The position numbers and the translations under genes are program-made. A model generated the notes under the pieces. The model saw only the letters and a list, made by a program, of their open reading frames with translations, was not told the DNA's origin and did no database searches. From contig CALWIU010000045.1 in assembly GCA_944380845.1 (NCBI GenBank), forward strand, positions 164 through 64,163: a stretch of DNA of 64,000 nt, read 5' to 3'. Positions 45,101 through 52,815 of this stretch are shown piece after piece (position 1 is the first letter of the stretch; each line of letters starts with the position of its first letter). Source of the stretch: an uncultured Clostridia bacterium (lineage in GTDB: Bacteria > Bacillota > Clostridia > Oscillospirales > Acutalibacteraceae).

Positions 45101-45983
45101 TTACTTCCAGTACACGGACAGCGGCATCTACTATTCCTTCGATTACAACAACGCGCATTTCGCCATTTTGAACAGCAACGATCTGAAGGAAAACGGTGAG
45201 CTGACCGATGAGCAGCTGGAATGGCTGACCAATGATATGCAGAGCAGTGACGCGGAATGGAAAATCGTTGCTTTCCACAAAGCGGTTTATTCCAACGGCG
45301 ATCACTACAAAGATGACGATGTGGTGGGTCTGCGCGGTCAGCTGGCGACCCTGATGCCGCAGTTGCAGGTTGACCTTGTGCTGAATGGTCACGATCATGT
45401 ATACTTCCGCACCGAGCCGCTGAACAACAATACCGTTGATGCAGACTGCAACCACGATGTGATCATGCAGAACGGTACGGCGATTGTGGAAGCGATGATC
45501 AATCCCGACGGTACGATCTATTCCATCAACGGCAGTGCCGGTGTCAAGAGTTATACGGGGGTTTCCTCAGAAGAAACCAAAGATTATTTCCCGGATGCGG
45601 CGGCAACTTATCCGTCCGATGAACCGATCTTTACGGCGATTACCATCCGTGACAACCAGTTGATCTTTAAATCCTATGCCGTCGGCGATAACAGCGCTTT
45701 GACGGAAATCGATAGCTTCGGCATCATTAAGGACTTTAACGAGCTGAAACGCGGCGATGTGGATTTGAACGGTTATGTCAATTCGACCGACGCCCGGCTG
45801 GCGCTTCGCTTTGCGGTCGGTCTGGATAAGCTGACCGGCAGAAGCCTGATTGCCGGCGATGTGGATGAAAACGGCGTCATCAATTCCACTGACGCCCGCC
45901 TGATTCTCCGTGCCGCCATCGAGCTGGAGCCTTTCGAGAATCCGTATGTTGACGATACCTATGTCAGACCGAATCTGGCATAA
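42168..45983 (+). CDS. Secreted dual metallophosphoesterase (calcineurin-like plus purple-acid-phosphatase-like) with C-terminal dockerin
   Basis: Signal peptide. MPE domain 1: LADLHYF, AGDLTYEG, INGNHD, FTGHTHD. PAP N-terminal FN3-like region: FNFSWTT...PGTTYMYRIGS. MPE domain 2: FFHMTDTQ, HTGDFVDNGD, SGNHD, VAFHKAVYS, LNGHDHVYFR. Dockerin GDVDLNGYVNSTDARLALRFAV...GDVDENGVINSTDARLILRAAI (nt ~45753-45926). Confidence 0.85.
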   Translation: MTNAFYGRRSACRVLSVFLALLMALSVLPIGLVSATAASAPLRVATLADLHYFAEADMGNKDEGFTAAMATNNTLQMDGILDSVFAALERSAKENGLQAVLIAGDLTYEGEKSGHEALAARLKAFEEETGLSVYVINGNHDINNSGAAKYIADENGNYYWEYADTVTAEEFKSIYADFGYNEAISVYEPPVGEEAGALSYSAHLGDGYRLIAIDAGKYSPDSTEAGIYEKETGGSISDSLMQWILAQLAEAKAAGEIPIGMTHWNLGDQNYFSTVALQGFVMDNWQQDAETLADAGMHFVFTGHTHDSDISSVVSDHGETLYNITTCSLGNYPNQYRETVFTPGADGSVSASFEKHDCDEVLPVTAAGKTYPVPFSASSFALCYGSTPMEYLSKLIEPGLRSLLSDIKGAGLVRYIEDKADFSLYSYFDELLHGGLMINNQNIVTAQNLMGVVNDIAQQIEDRYINDPDYTIELVDTFLQTLLDMQISEYPCSKFVSEYGFGSNSRPGNLGDLMFSIFVYKTNGNEDISDDPFMLDVLDRLQSGELVTDLIGLLRTEAIDKIIVDDFLSNINLNLASFFVDFGSNDVKQIINFVKNYASGEAVKKIIEYYVNEETLQLYNQVASEGLALIGIQGVDILAIVSGLIAMIGEPQIDLSDVSIRNIADTILGFGVLDQYGKSLDEVIDYFLNKYITDDVKQGVGYQLSIMLESFVMDSNPQEKGDYDVVYTYQGPVAVEATAENLRKPSLVAPSYGKDATTQFNFSWTTKYSVTGTDIEFYPVTGDSLPSFTGTPVTGVNVIADYEPLTREYYGIDFGITGFLPYEIQTIRHTITLTGLEPGTTYMYRIGSAENGWWSDIGSFTTSGGDDSQFTFFHMTDTQSTSPEQYENGWAKVMQAAYSLYPDARFVLHTGDFVDNGDNFKQWQWFFDSAAGTILNSAIMPVSGNHDAYGMNVLVNNFKINYDGEDYDMDDPFADLDSYFQYTDSGIYYSFDYNNAHFAILNSNDLKENGELTDEQLEWLTNDMQSSDAEWKIVAFHKAVYSNGDHYKDDDVVGLRGQLATLMPQLQVDLVLNGHDHVYFRTEPLNNNTVDADCNHDVIMQNGTAIVEAMINPDGTIYSINGSAGVKSYTGVSSEETKDYFPDAAATYPSDEPIFTAITIRDNQLIFKSYAVGDNSALTEIDSFGIIKDFNELKRGDVDLNGYVNSTDARLALRFAVGLDKLTGRSLIAGDVDENGVINSTDARLILRAAIELEPFENPYVDDTYVRPNLA

Positions 45984-46004
45984 ACTCCTATTTTGAAGAA
46001 CCAG

Positions 46005-46037
46005 AATCGGTCATTGACAGTATGTTGATGACCGATT
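46005..46037 (+). promoter_or_regulatory. Perfect 10-bp inverted repeat upstream of mcsA (candidate operator and/or terminator of the upstream gene)
   Basis: AATCGGTCAT, 13 nt, ATGACCGATT. It embeds TTGACA (46014-46019). GGTCATTGACAGTATGT resembles a degenerate CtsR heptad direct repeat. Confidence 0.4.
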
Positions 46038-46086
46038 CCTTGCGTTTATCCCTCCCGAATAAAGGGAGGGGAAAGGATAATTGCTT

Positions 46087-46581
46087 ATGTTGTGTCAAAA
46101 TTGCAAAAAAAATGAAGCCACGACCCATATCAAGCGAATCATCAACGGGGCGGCGCAGGAATACCACCTTTGCCGCGCCTGTGCAGAGGGGCTGGGGTAC
46201 AGCGCGCCGTTTGCCTCTTCCTTTTCGGATCTGTTCGGCGCGTTTTTGGGCGATATGCCGGTCAGTCGCCTGAGCAACACGGTGCTTCGCTGCGAAACCT
46301 GCGGCTGTACCTTTGAGGATATTGTGAATAGCGGCAAGGTCGGCTGCGCGGACTGCTACCGTATTTTTTATGACAAACTGCTTCCGTCGGTACAGCGCGT
46401 CCACGGAAAAACCCATCATGTCGGCAAAAAGCCCGGCAGTGCAGGTGCAAAGGGCGGAACGGCGGATCGCCTTGCCGAAGCGAAACAGGAGTTGCAGCAG
46501 GCGATTGAACAGCAGAATTTTGAACGGGCGGCAGAGCTTCGTGATGAGATCCGACAGTGGGAGGAAACAGACAATGGCTGA
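46087..46581 (+). CDS. mcsA: Protein-arginine kinase activator McsA (UvrB/UvrC-motif, zinc-ribbon protein)
   Basis: CQNCKK...HLCRAC, CETCGC...GCADCY zinc-finger pairs. C-terminal UVR motif QQAIEQQNFERAAELRDEIR. Confidence 0.85.
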   Translation: MLCQNCKKNEATTHIKRIINGAAQEYHLCRACAEGLGYSAPFASSFSDLFGAFLGDMPVSRLSNTVLRCETCGCTFEDIVNSGKVGCADCYRIFYDKLLPSVQRVHGKTHHVGKKPGSAGAKGGTADRLAEAKQELQQAIEQQNFERAAELRDEIRQWEETDNG

Positions 46582-47614
46582 AAAATGGTATCTCGCCAAA
46601 GGCGAGCGGGGCGATATCATTCTGAGCGCCCGCGTGCGTTTGGCTCGAAATCTGAAAGAATTTCCTTTCCCGGGGCGGCTGTCCGCCGAGGGGGTCCGTC
46701 TGGTCGGTGAAACGGTTTGCAAAGCGCTGAGCGGCTTCCCGCGTGCTAAGCTCCATGCGATTACCATGGGAGATGTTTCCCCCTGCCGCGCGGTGTCCCT
46801 TGCGGAAAAACATTTGATCTCTCCGGAATTTACCGAGGGGATCCCGACAAGAATGCTGATTTTGTCTGATGACGAGGATATCAGCATTATGGTTTGCGAG
46901 GACGATCATTTGCGCATTCAGGCCATGCGGGCGGGATTTGCGCTGGATGAGGCGTACCGGGCGGCTGACGAGGTTGACCGCTATCTGGACAGCCGGGTGC
47001 AGATTGCTTTTGATGAACGCCTGGGGTATTTGACCCAGAGCCCGGCGGGGCTGGGCAGTGCAATGCGCGCGTCTTTTCTTCTGCATTTGCCGGCGCTTTC
47101 TGTCGGATGGGAGATTTCCCGTCTGTCCTCGACTCTGGATAAGCTGGGGCTGTCGCTGCGCGGTTCATTCGGGGAAAGCGGCAGTGCAAAAGGCGATTTG
47201 TATGTTTTAAGCAACCGCTTGACGCTGGGAATCAGCGAAAAAGAAGCGCTCGACAACCTGAAAGCCATTGCTCTGCAATTGGCGACACGCGAACGCACGA
47301 GACGGGATGAACTGATGAAAGACGCTTCCTTTGCCGATAAGATCCATCGTGCATACGGCGTGCTGAATAGCGCGCGGATGATCCGTTCCGACGAAATGAT
47401 GGAGCTTTTGTCGCTGGTGCGTCTGGGTGCAGCCGACGGCAGTCTGCCGGTCAGAACCGAGACGGTCAATCTGCTGCTGACTTCTTTGCAGCCGGCGACG
47501 CTGAATGCGGATTACGACGAAACAATGGATGCACCGACGCGCGACACCCTGCGCGCTGAACAAATCCGTGCCGCCCTTGCAAAGGATGCGGCGCAGATGC
47601 AGCCGGGCAACTAA
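46574..47614 (+). CDS. mcsB: Protein arginine kinase McsB
   Basis: ILSARVRLARNLKEFPFP, DDHLRIQ, LGYLTQSPAGLGSAMRAS (phosphagen-kinase fold). Start re-set to ATG 46574, overlapping the mcsA stop. Confidence 0.9.
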   Translation: MAEKWYLAKGERGDIILSARVRLARNLKEFPFPGRLSAEGVRLVGETVCKALSGFPRAKLHAITMGDVSPCRAVSLAEKHLISPEFTEGIPTRMLILSDDEDISIMVCEDDHLRIQAMRAGFALDEAYRAADEVDRYLDSRVQIAFDERLGYLTQSPAGLGSAMRASFLLHLPALSVGWEISRLSSTLDKLGLSLRGSFGESGSAKGDLYVLSNRLTLGISEKEALDNLKAIALQLATRERTRRDELMKDASFADKIHRAYGVLNSARMIRSDEMMELLSLVRLGAADGSLPVRTETVNLLLTSLQPATLNADYDETMDAPTRDTLRAEQIRAALAKDAAQMQPGN

Positions 47615-47733
47615 AACAAAAGCCATGGGAAAACACGCCCGCGCCGGGTTAAATGGCGGGAAAAACGGATATACTAAAAGAGGAAAGAAATTTCCTCTTT
47701 TTTTTATACTATCCAAAAAAACCGGAGGGCGTT

Positions 47734-50196
47734 ATGTATCAGTTTACAGGTTTTACCGAACGGGCAGGAAAGGCGCTGAATCTGGCGCTGACGGCGGCAG
47801 AGGAAATGGGGCATACCTATGTAGGCAGTGAGCACCTGCTTTTGGGACTTGCGATGGATGAAGGAAGCGTTGCCTCTCTGCTGCTGGCAAAAAAAGGGGT
47901 AAAAGGGAGCAATGTACGCGATTGGATCCGCGCCGGAGTCGGGGTTGGAATGGCAACCGAGCTGTCGCCGGAAGATTTCACGCCCCGGGCAAAGCACATT
48001 ATTGAAAACGCCTACCGGCTCGCCAGAGGAATGCGGCTTTCTCTGGCGGGAACAGAACATTTGCTGCTTTCCCTGCTGCGGGAGGATGGGGGATTTGGAA
48101 AAAGTCTGTTGGAAAAACAGGGAATTTCTTGCAGCGGCGCGGAAAAGGATTTGCGGAAGATCCTGCTGGGGGAGCCGGTCAGTGCGGCGGAAGCAAGACG
48201 CGCAGAAAAAAAAGAGAAGAAAAATGCCGCGCTGGATCAATATTCCAGGGATCTGACCGAGGAAGCGGCTGCGGGAAACATTGACCCGGTAATCGCCCGG
48301 GATCGGGAGATTGAACGGGTCATTGAAATCCTTTGCCGCCGCAGCAAAAACAACCCCTGTCTGATCGGTGATCCGGGGGTAGGGAAAACCGCCGTTGCGG
48401 AAGGGCTTGCCTTGCGGATCGCCGAAGGGAAGGCGCCTGGGTTTTTATGTGATAAACGGATCGTGTCTCTGGATCTGGTGGGAATGATCGCCGGCGCACG
48501 GTACCGCGGCGATTTTGAAGAACGGATCAAGGCGGTACTGCGGGAAGTGGAGCAGGCGGGCGATATCATTTTGTTCATAGATGAACTGCATACGGTCGTG
48601 GGCGCCGGGTCGGCGGAAGGCGCGCCTGATGCGGCGAATATTTTAAAGCCCGATTTGGCGCGGGGAAACTGCCGCGTAATCGGCGCAACCACGCCGGAGG
48701 AATACCGCAGGGATATCGAAAAGGATGCGGCGCTGGCGCGGCGGTTTCAGCCTGTTTGGATCGAAGAGCCGTCCAGAGAGGACGCATTCAAAATATTAAA
48801 GGGATTGCGCGATCGGTACGAAGCCTATCACCGGGTTAAAATCGGAGAAGATGCACTTCGCAGTGCAGTTGACCTTTCGATCCGGTATTTGCCGGATCGG
48901 TTTTTGCCAGACAAGGCGCTGGATCTTCTGGATGAGGCGGCGGCGAAGGTGCGCCTTTGCGCCGAAAAAAAATCGCCCCAGCTGCAAAGTCTGGAGCAAA
49001 AGGTAAAAAATGCGGCGGAGGAGAAAACCGAAGCGATTTTATCACAGGATTTTGAACGAGCCGCCGCGCTTCGCGACCGGGAACGAGCGCTGCGCCGGGA
49101 ATTAGAGGATAAGGAAAAACCGCCGGTCAAAGCGCCGGCGGTGCGCAGTAAAAATGTTGCGGAGGTCGTGCAGCGAATGACCGGCATTCCGGTTCAGCGG
49201 CTGACCGGTTCCCAGCGGGAGGAACTGACGCATCTGGAAGAGCGGCTGCACCAGCGGATCGTCGGGCAGACCCGGGCGGTGGAAGCGGTTTCGCGCGCCA
49301 TTCGCCGGGGACGCCTGGGGGTCGGAGATCCGGCGCGTCCCATCGGTTCTTTTTTGTTCTGCGGACCGGCAGGCGTTGGCAAAACCGAACTGAGCAAGGC
49401 GGTCGCCGAAGCGGTCTTTGGCGATGAAGACGCGCTGATCCGGCTGGATATGTCTGAATATTCCGAAAAGCATACCGTTTCCCGTTTGATCGGCTCGCCG
49501 CCCGGTTATGTGGGGTATGAGGAAGGCGGGCAGCTGACGGAAAAGCTGCGCCGCCGTCCCTACAGTGTGGTTTTGCTGGATGAAATCGAAAAAGCACACC
49601 CCGACCTTTTTTCCCTTTTGCTGCAAATCATGGATGAGGGCGTTTTGACCGATGCCAAAGGGCGCTCTGTCAGTTTTAAAAACAGCGTGCTGATTATGAC
49701 TTCCAATGTCGGCTCCAAGGTGCTGGGCGGGGCGGAAGGTGCTGTCGGTTTCGGTTCGGGCAATACGCCGAAGCCGTCCTATGATTCCGCCGAAAAACAG
49801 GTTCGGCGGGAACTGCGGCGTCTGTTTCGCCCGGAATTTTTGGATCGGGTCGATGAAGTCGTACTGTTCTTCCCGCCGGAGCCGGATGAAGCGCTTGCCA
49901 TTACCGAGCGGCTTTTGGAAAAACTGCGTGCACGCTGCCGGGAAAAGGGAATCGAACTTTCCTTCAGCGAAGAAGCCGCCAAACAGATCAGCCGAATGGG
50001 CTTTGACAGGAACGGCGGCGCAAGACAGCTTCGGCGGGTCATTCGCCGGGAAGCGGAGGATCGGTTATCCGATTTGCTGCTGCGCGGCGAGCTGGTCAAC
50101 GGTTCGTATGTATTTGATACGGACGGCGATGGCTTCACCGTGCGCTCTGCCGATGCAAAAGCAAGCGCGCTTACCAGCCAGCCCCCGGCGCCTTAA
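47734..50196 (+). CDS. clpC: ATP-dependent Clp protease ATP-binding subunit ClpC
   Basis: Clp_N repeats, GDPGVGKTA and GPAGVGKTE Walker A motifs, UVR linker (FERAAALRDRE). Start re-set to ATG 47734 (GGAGGG RBS). Confidence 0.95.
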   Translation: MYQFTGFTERAGKALNLALTAAEEMGHTYVGSEHLLLGLAMDEGSVASLLLAKKGVKGSNVRDWIRAGVGVGMATELSPEDFTPRAKHIIENAYRLARGMRLSLAGTEHLLLSLLREDGGFGKSLLEKQGISCSGAEKDLRKILLGEPVSAAEARRAEKKEKKNAALDQYSRDLTEEAAAGNIDPVIARDREIERVIEILCRRSKNNPCLIGDPGVGKTAVAEGLALRIAEGKAPGFLCDKRIVSLDLVGMIAGARYRGDFEERIKAVLREVEQAGDIILFIDELHTVVGAGSAEGAPDAANILKPDLARGNCRVIGATTPEEYRRDIEKDAALARRFQPVWIEEPSREDAFKILKGLRDRYEAYHRVKIGEDALRSAVDLSIRYLPDRFLPDKALDLLDEAAAKVRLCAEKKSPQLQSLEQKVKNAAEEKTEAILSQDFERAAALRDRERALRRELEDKEKPPVKAPAVRSKNVAEVVQRMTGIPVQRLTGSQREELTHLEERLHQRIVGQTRAVEAVSRAIRRGRLGVGDPARPIGSFLFCGPAGVGKTELSKAVAEAVFGDEDALIRLDMSEYSEKHTVSRLIGSPPGYVGYEEGGQLTEKLRRRPYSVVLLDEIEKAHPDLFSLLLQIMDEGVLTDAKGRSVSFKNSVLIMTSNVGSKVLGGAEGAVGFGSGNTPKPSYDSAEKQVRRELRRLFRPEFLDRVDEVVLFFPPEPDEALAITERLLEKLRARCREKGIELSFSEEAAKQISRMGFDRNGGARQLRRVIRREAEDRLSDLLLRGELVNGSYVFDTDGDGFTVRSADAKASALTSQPPAP

Positions 50197-51275
50197 CAGT
50201 CTTTCATGACCTCACGGCAAAGCTGTTCGGCGGCTTCCGCCAAATCATCTTCCCGCAGGGCGTGCTCATAATAGGCGTTCATCATGTCCTTTAATTCGCC
50301 TGCCGCGCTCTGCGCTTTGATCGCTTCATTTAACAGCTCTCTGACGGCTTTTTTATTAAAGCCCAGCCGGAACCGGCAGTCCGCTGTTTTATCCCGATCC
50401 AAAAAGCGCGTCATATGTATGGTGCGCTCGGCGCTTTTCGGCGCGGGATGATAGCGGTTTGCGGTATAAAAGGCAAGATTTGCCTGCGGGATCAGCAGAT
50501 GTTCCGCTTTGTCGGCGGGGTGAAGCTGACAGCGGCAAAGGGTGCATGACAGCCCGCGCTGTTCTGCTTCGCGCTTCATGGCGAAAAGCAGGGCGGAAGC
50601 TGCTGTTCCCGTACTGTCATCGATGGCAAGAACGCGGCCGGTGTTGACGATCGTTTTTTCATTGACAAAGACACCGCGGGGGGTAATGGCGCTCAAAAAG
50701 CGGTTAGCTGCCCGGCTTTTTTCCCCTCTTGGCGCGGGAAATTCCCGGGCGGCAAAACGGGCGGCGTAACGGCGTATTTTATCCCGGTCGAGGGCAGGCG
50801 TCAGCAACAGGTCGCTGTCTGTCCAAACCGCTCGTGCCGCCGACAGGTAATTCATGACCCGCCGCTGCTGGACGGCTGCCGCTTTGCCGATCAGCCGCAG
50901 GGCGGAAGCATTGCGCCGCAGGGAATCCCGGTCAAAAAACAGATCGGTGTTGACCAGCGTTTCGACCGCAACGGGATATTTGGCTTCGCGGACGCGGGGA
51001 TAGTTTCCGTCCAGAAAATATATTTTTTGCTCGGGCAGTGCCAGCGCTTCCAGCCGGGTCGGCGCATGGGGACTGTAAATTTTTTCTATTTTCAAATGCC
51101 GTTTTTCCGCTTCGCGAACAATCGGCGCAAGAAAGGCATGGGTACAAAGGTCGCTACCGCCTTTGAACAGATAGATTCGATGTGCTGTATCGGCATCGCA
51201 AAATTCAGAATAGTAGGAATAATGCCCGCCCGCGCAGGGCACGCAGAGAAAAAAGCCGTCGGCGTATTGATTCAT
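50193..51275 (-). CDS. Hypothetical protein; resembles a two-lobed P-loop ATPase family with both Walker A sites degenerate
   Basis: GGGAGG RBS. IYLFKGGSDLCTH and VLAIDDSTGTAAS sit where KGGPGTGKS-type loops would be expected. Each is followed by an H-P-x-x-D-like strand (IYSPHAPTRLEAL, CQLHPADKAEHLL). Family recollection only; low certainty. The 3' end overlaps the clpC stop by 4 nt. Confidence 0.55.
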   Translation of the reverse strand: MNQYADGFFLCVPCAGGHYSYYSEFCDADTAHRIYLFKGGSDLCTHAFLAPIVREAEKRHLKIEKIYSPHAPTRLEALALPEQKIYFLDGNYPRVREAKYPVAVETLVNTDLFFDRDSLRRNASALRLIGKAAAVQQRRVMNYLSAARAVWTDSDLLLTPALDRDKIRRYAARFAAREFPAPRGEKSRAANRFLSAITPRGVFVNEKTIVNTGRVLAIDDSTGTAASALLFAMKREAEQRGLSCTLCRCQLHPADKAEHLLIPQANLAFYTANRYHPAPKSAERTIHMTRFLDRDKTADCRFRLGFNKKAVRELLNEAIKAQSAAGELKDMMNAYYEHALREDDLAEAAEQLCREVMKDC

Positions 51276-51435
51276 AAAGGCGTCCTCCCAACCGATTTTG
51301 TTACAGTATATGCGCGCATTTTCCTGCGTGACGGCAGAAAACCGGTTGTTCTGAAAAAGATCCCTTCTTTTCTTAAGTACCGCGATGAAAAAAAGTAGAC
51401 AGTGTTTGAAATTGTTTGCATTTTTTGGGATTTGA

Positions 51436-51464
51436 TTGATTTTTACCGCCGATCATGTTATAAT
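51436..51464 (+). promoter_or_regulatory. Sigma-A-type promoter
   Basis: TTGATT, 17 nt, TATAAT. Confidence 0.6.
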
Positions 51465-51505
51465 TCCTCTGTATAGGAAATTATTTTCGAACGGAGGATA
51501 AGAAC

Positions 51506-52489
51506 ATGGCAGATGCCAAAAAATGTGTTCTGACCGGCGCAACCGGACATGTGGGATATGCGGTGCTGCTGGAGCTGATCAATCAGGGTGAGGATGTCAC
51601 CATTATGATCCGCAAGGAAAACAAAATCTTTGACGGTTTGAAATGCGCCCATGTCATGGGAGATGTGACGGATTATGATTCGCTGGAAAAAGCCTTTGAG
51701 GGAATGGATACGGTTTACCATGTTGCCGGTGCTGTCGAAATCAACAAGGGCGCTGAGGAAATGACCTGGAAGGTCAATTTTGAGGGGACGAAAAATGTTC
51801 TGAAAGCCTGCCAGAAAACCGGCGTCAGACGGCTGGTGTATATGTCTTCTGTAGACGCCATGCTGCCCCTGCCGAATAACCAGCTGATGGTTGAGCAGAC
51901 TTCCTTTGATCCGGATGAACTGGACGGCACTTACGCCAAGACAAAGGCTGCCGCGACCCAGTATCTGCTGGACAATCACGGCGATGTGGAACTGGTGGTG
52001 CTGCACCCCTCCGCCTGCATCGGCCCATATGATTTTAAAGTTTCCAGCGTCGGTTCCATGGTGCGTATGTGCATGAAGGGCGCGTTCCCGATCACCATGA
52101 CCTTCGGCGCGTACAATTTCGTGGATGTGCGCGATGTGGCAAAGGGTACTTATGCTGCCGCCAAAAAAGGGAGAAACGGCGAGTGCTACATTCTTTGCGG
52201 CGACTATATGTCGGTGGATTCCTTTATTCGCACGCTGTGCCGTGTGACCGGCCATAAAGAGCCGAAAATCAAAATCGGCAACGGAATCGTCTCCATTGCC
52301 GCTCCGATCATGGAAGTATATTATAACCTGACCAAAACCACGCCGCTGTTTACCCGCTATTCGATTCGCAAGCTGAAAGCCAACTGCAATTTCTCTTATG
52401 CGAAAGCCGAAAAGGAACTGGATTATCATCCGATGAGCGTAGAACAGTCGCTGAAAGATATGGTTGACTGGATCAGAAAGAACCAATAA
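51506..52489 (+). CDS. NAD-dependent epimerase/dehydratase-family (extended SDR, dihydroflavonol-reductase-like) protein
   Basis: LTGATGHVG, YHVAG, YAKTKAAA (YxxxK). Confidence 0.85.
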   Translation: MADAKKCVLTGATGHVGYAVLLELINQGEDVTIMIRKENKIFDGLKCAHVMGDVTDYDSLEKAFEGMDTVYHVAGAVEINKGAEEMTWKVNFEGTKNVLKACQKTGVRRLVYMSSVDAMLPLPNNQLMVEQTSFDPDELDGTYAKTKAAATQYLLDNHGDVELVVLHPSACIGPYDFKVSSVGSMVRMCMKGAFPITMTFGAYNFVDVRDVAKGTYAAAKKGRNGECYILCGDYMSVDSFIRTLCRVTGHKEPKIKIGNGIVSIAAPIMEVYYNLTKTTPLFTRYSIRKLKANCNFSYAKAEKELDYHPMSVEQSLKDMVDWIRKNQ

Positions 52490-52500
52490 CCGCTTATGTA

Positions 52501-52537
52501 AAAGCAGCCGAGGTTTTTTGCCGCGGCTGCTTTTTTG
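52501..52537. terminator. Bidirectional rho-independent terminator
   Basis: AAAAGCAGCCG ... CGGCTGCTTTTTT, with an A-run upstream and a T-run downstream. Lies between convergent genes. Confidence 0.75.
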
Positions 52538-52539
52538 CA

Positions 52540-52722
52540 TTAGCCGAGAATGCTTTGCATGCCGTCCAAAACGGAATCAACGGTCTTTAACGCTTTTGCT
52601 GCGGTCTTTTTCATTTTCCGCTTTGCGGCGGATTTGCCGGTCATGCTTGCGCCGACCGCTGCGATTGTGCCGCCGATGGCGGCTGCTGTTCCGATGCCCT
52701 TCATGATTGTGTTTTTGTTCAT
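52540..52722 (-). CDS. Small glycine-zipper / lysine-rich protein (60 aa)
   Basis: ATG 52722 lies 5 nt after GGAG. MNKNTIMKGIGTAAAIGGTIAAVGASMTGKSAAKRKMKKTAAKALK... A terminator follows immediately. Confidence 0.45.
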   Translation of the reverse strand: MNKNTIMKGIGTAAAIGGTIAAVGASMTGKSAAKRKMKKTAAKALKTVDSVLDGMQSILG

Positions 52723-52815
52723 GTTTGCTCCGTCCTTTCTATTGCATTTCATAGTGTATTGTGCTACCATATTGTATAAATATCCTTGGAATTTTCAGGA
52801 AAAGAGGAACTTGTT

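Noticed and set aside
14997-45983. Reading the dockerin and cohesin genes as a cellulosome or amylosome
   Set aside because: None of the five dockerin proteins in the window carries a glycoside hydrolase, CBM or polysaccharide lyase motif that I can see. The only GH-like gene (19134..20768) is cytoplasmic and has no dockerin.
42090-46887. Minus-strand ORFs 42090..43235, 44625..45455 and 45988..46887
   Set aside because: They are antisense to the phosphoesterase-dockerin gene and to mcsA/mcsB. They have no RBS and shadow-type composition.
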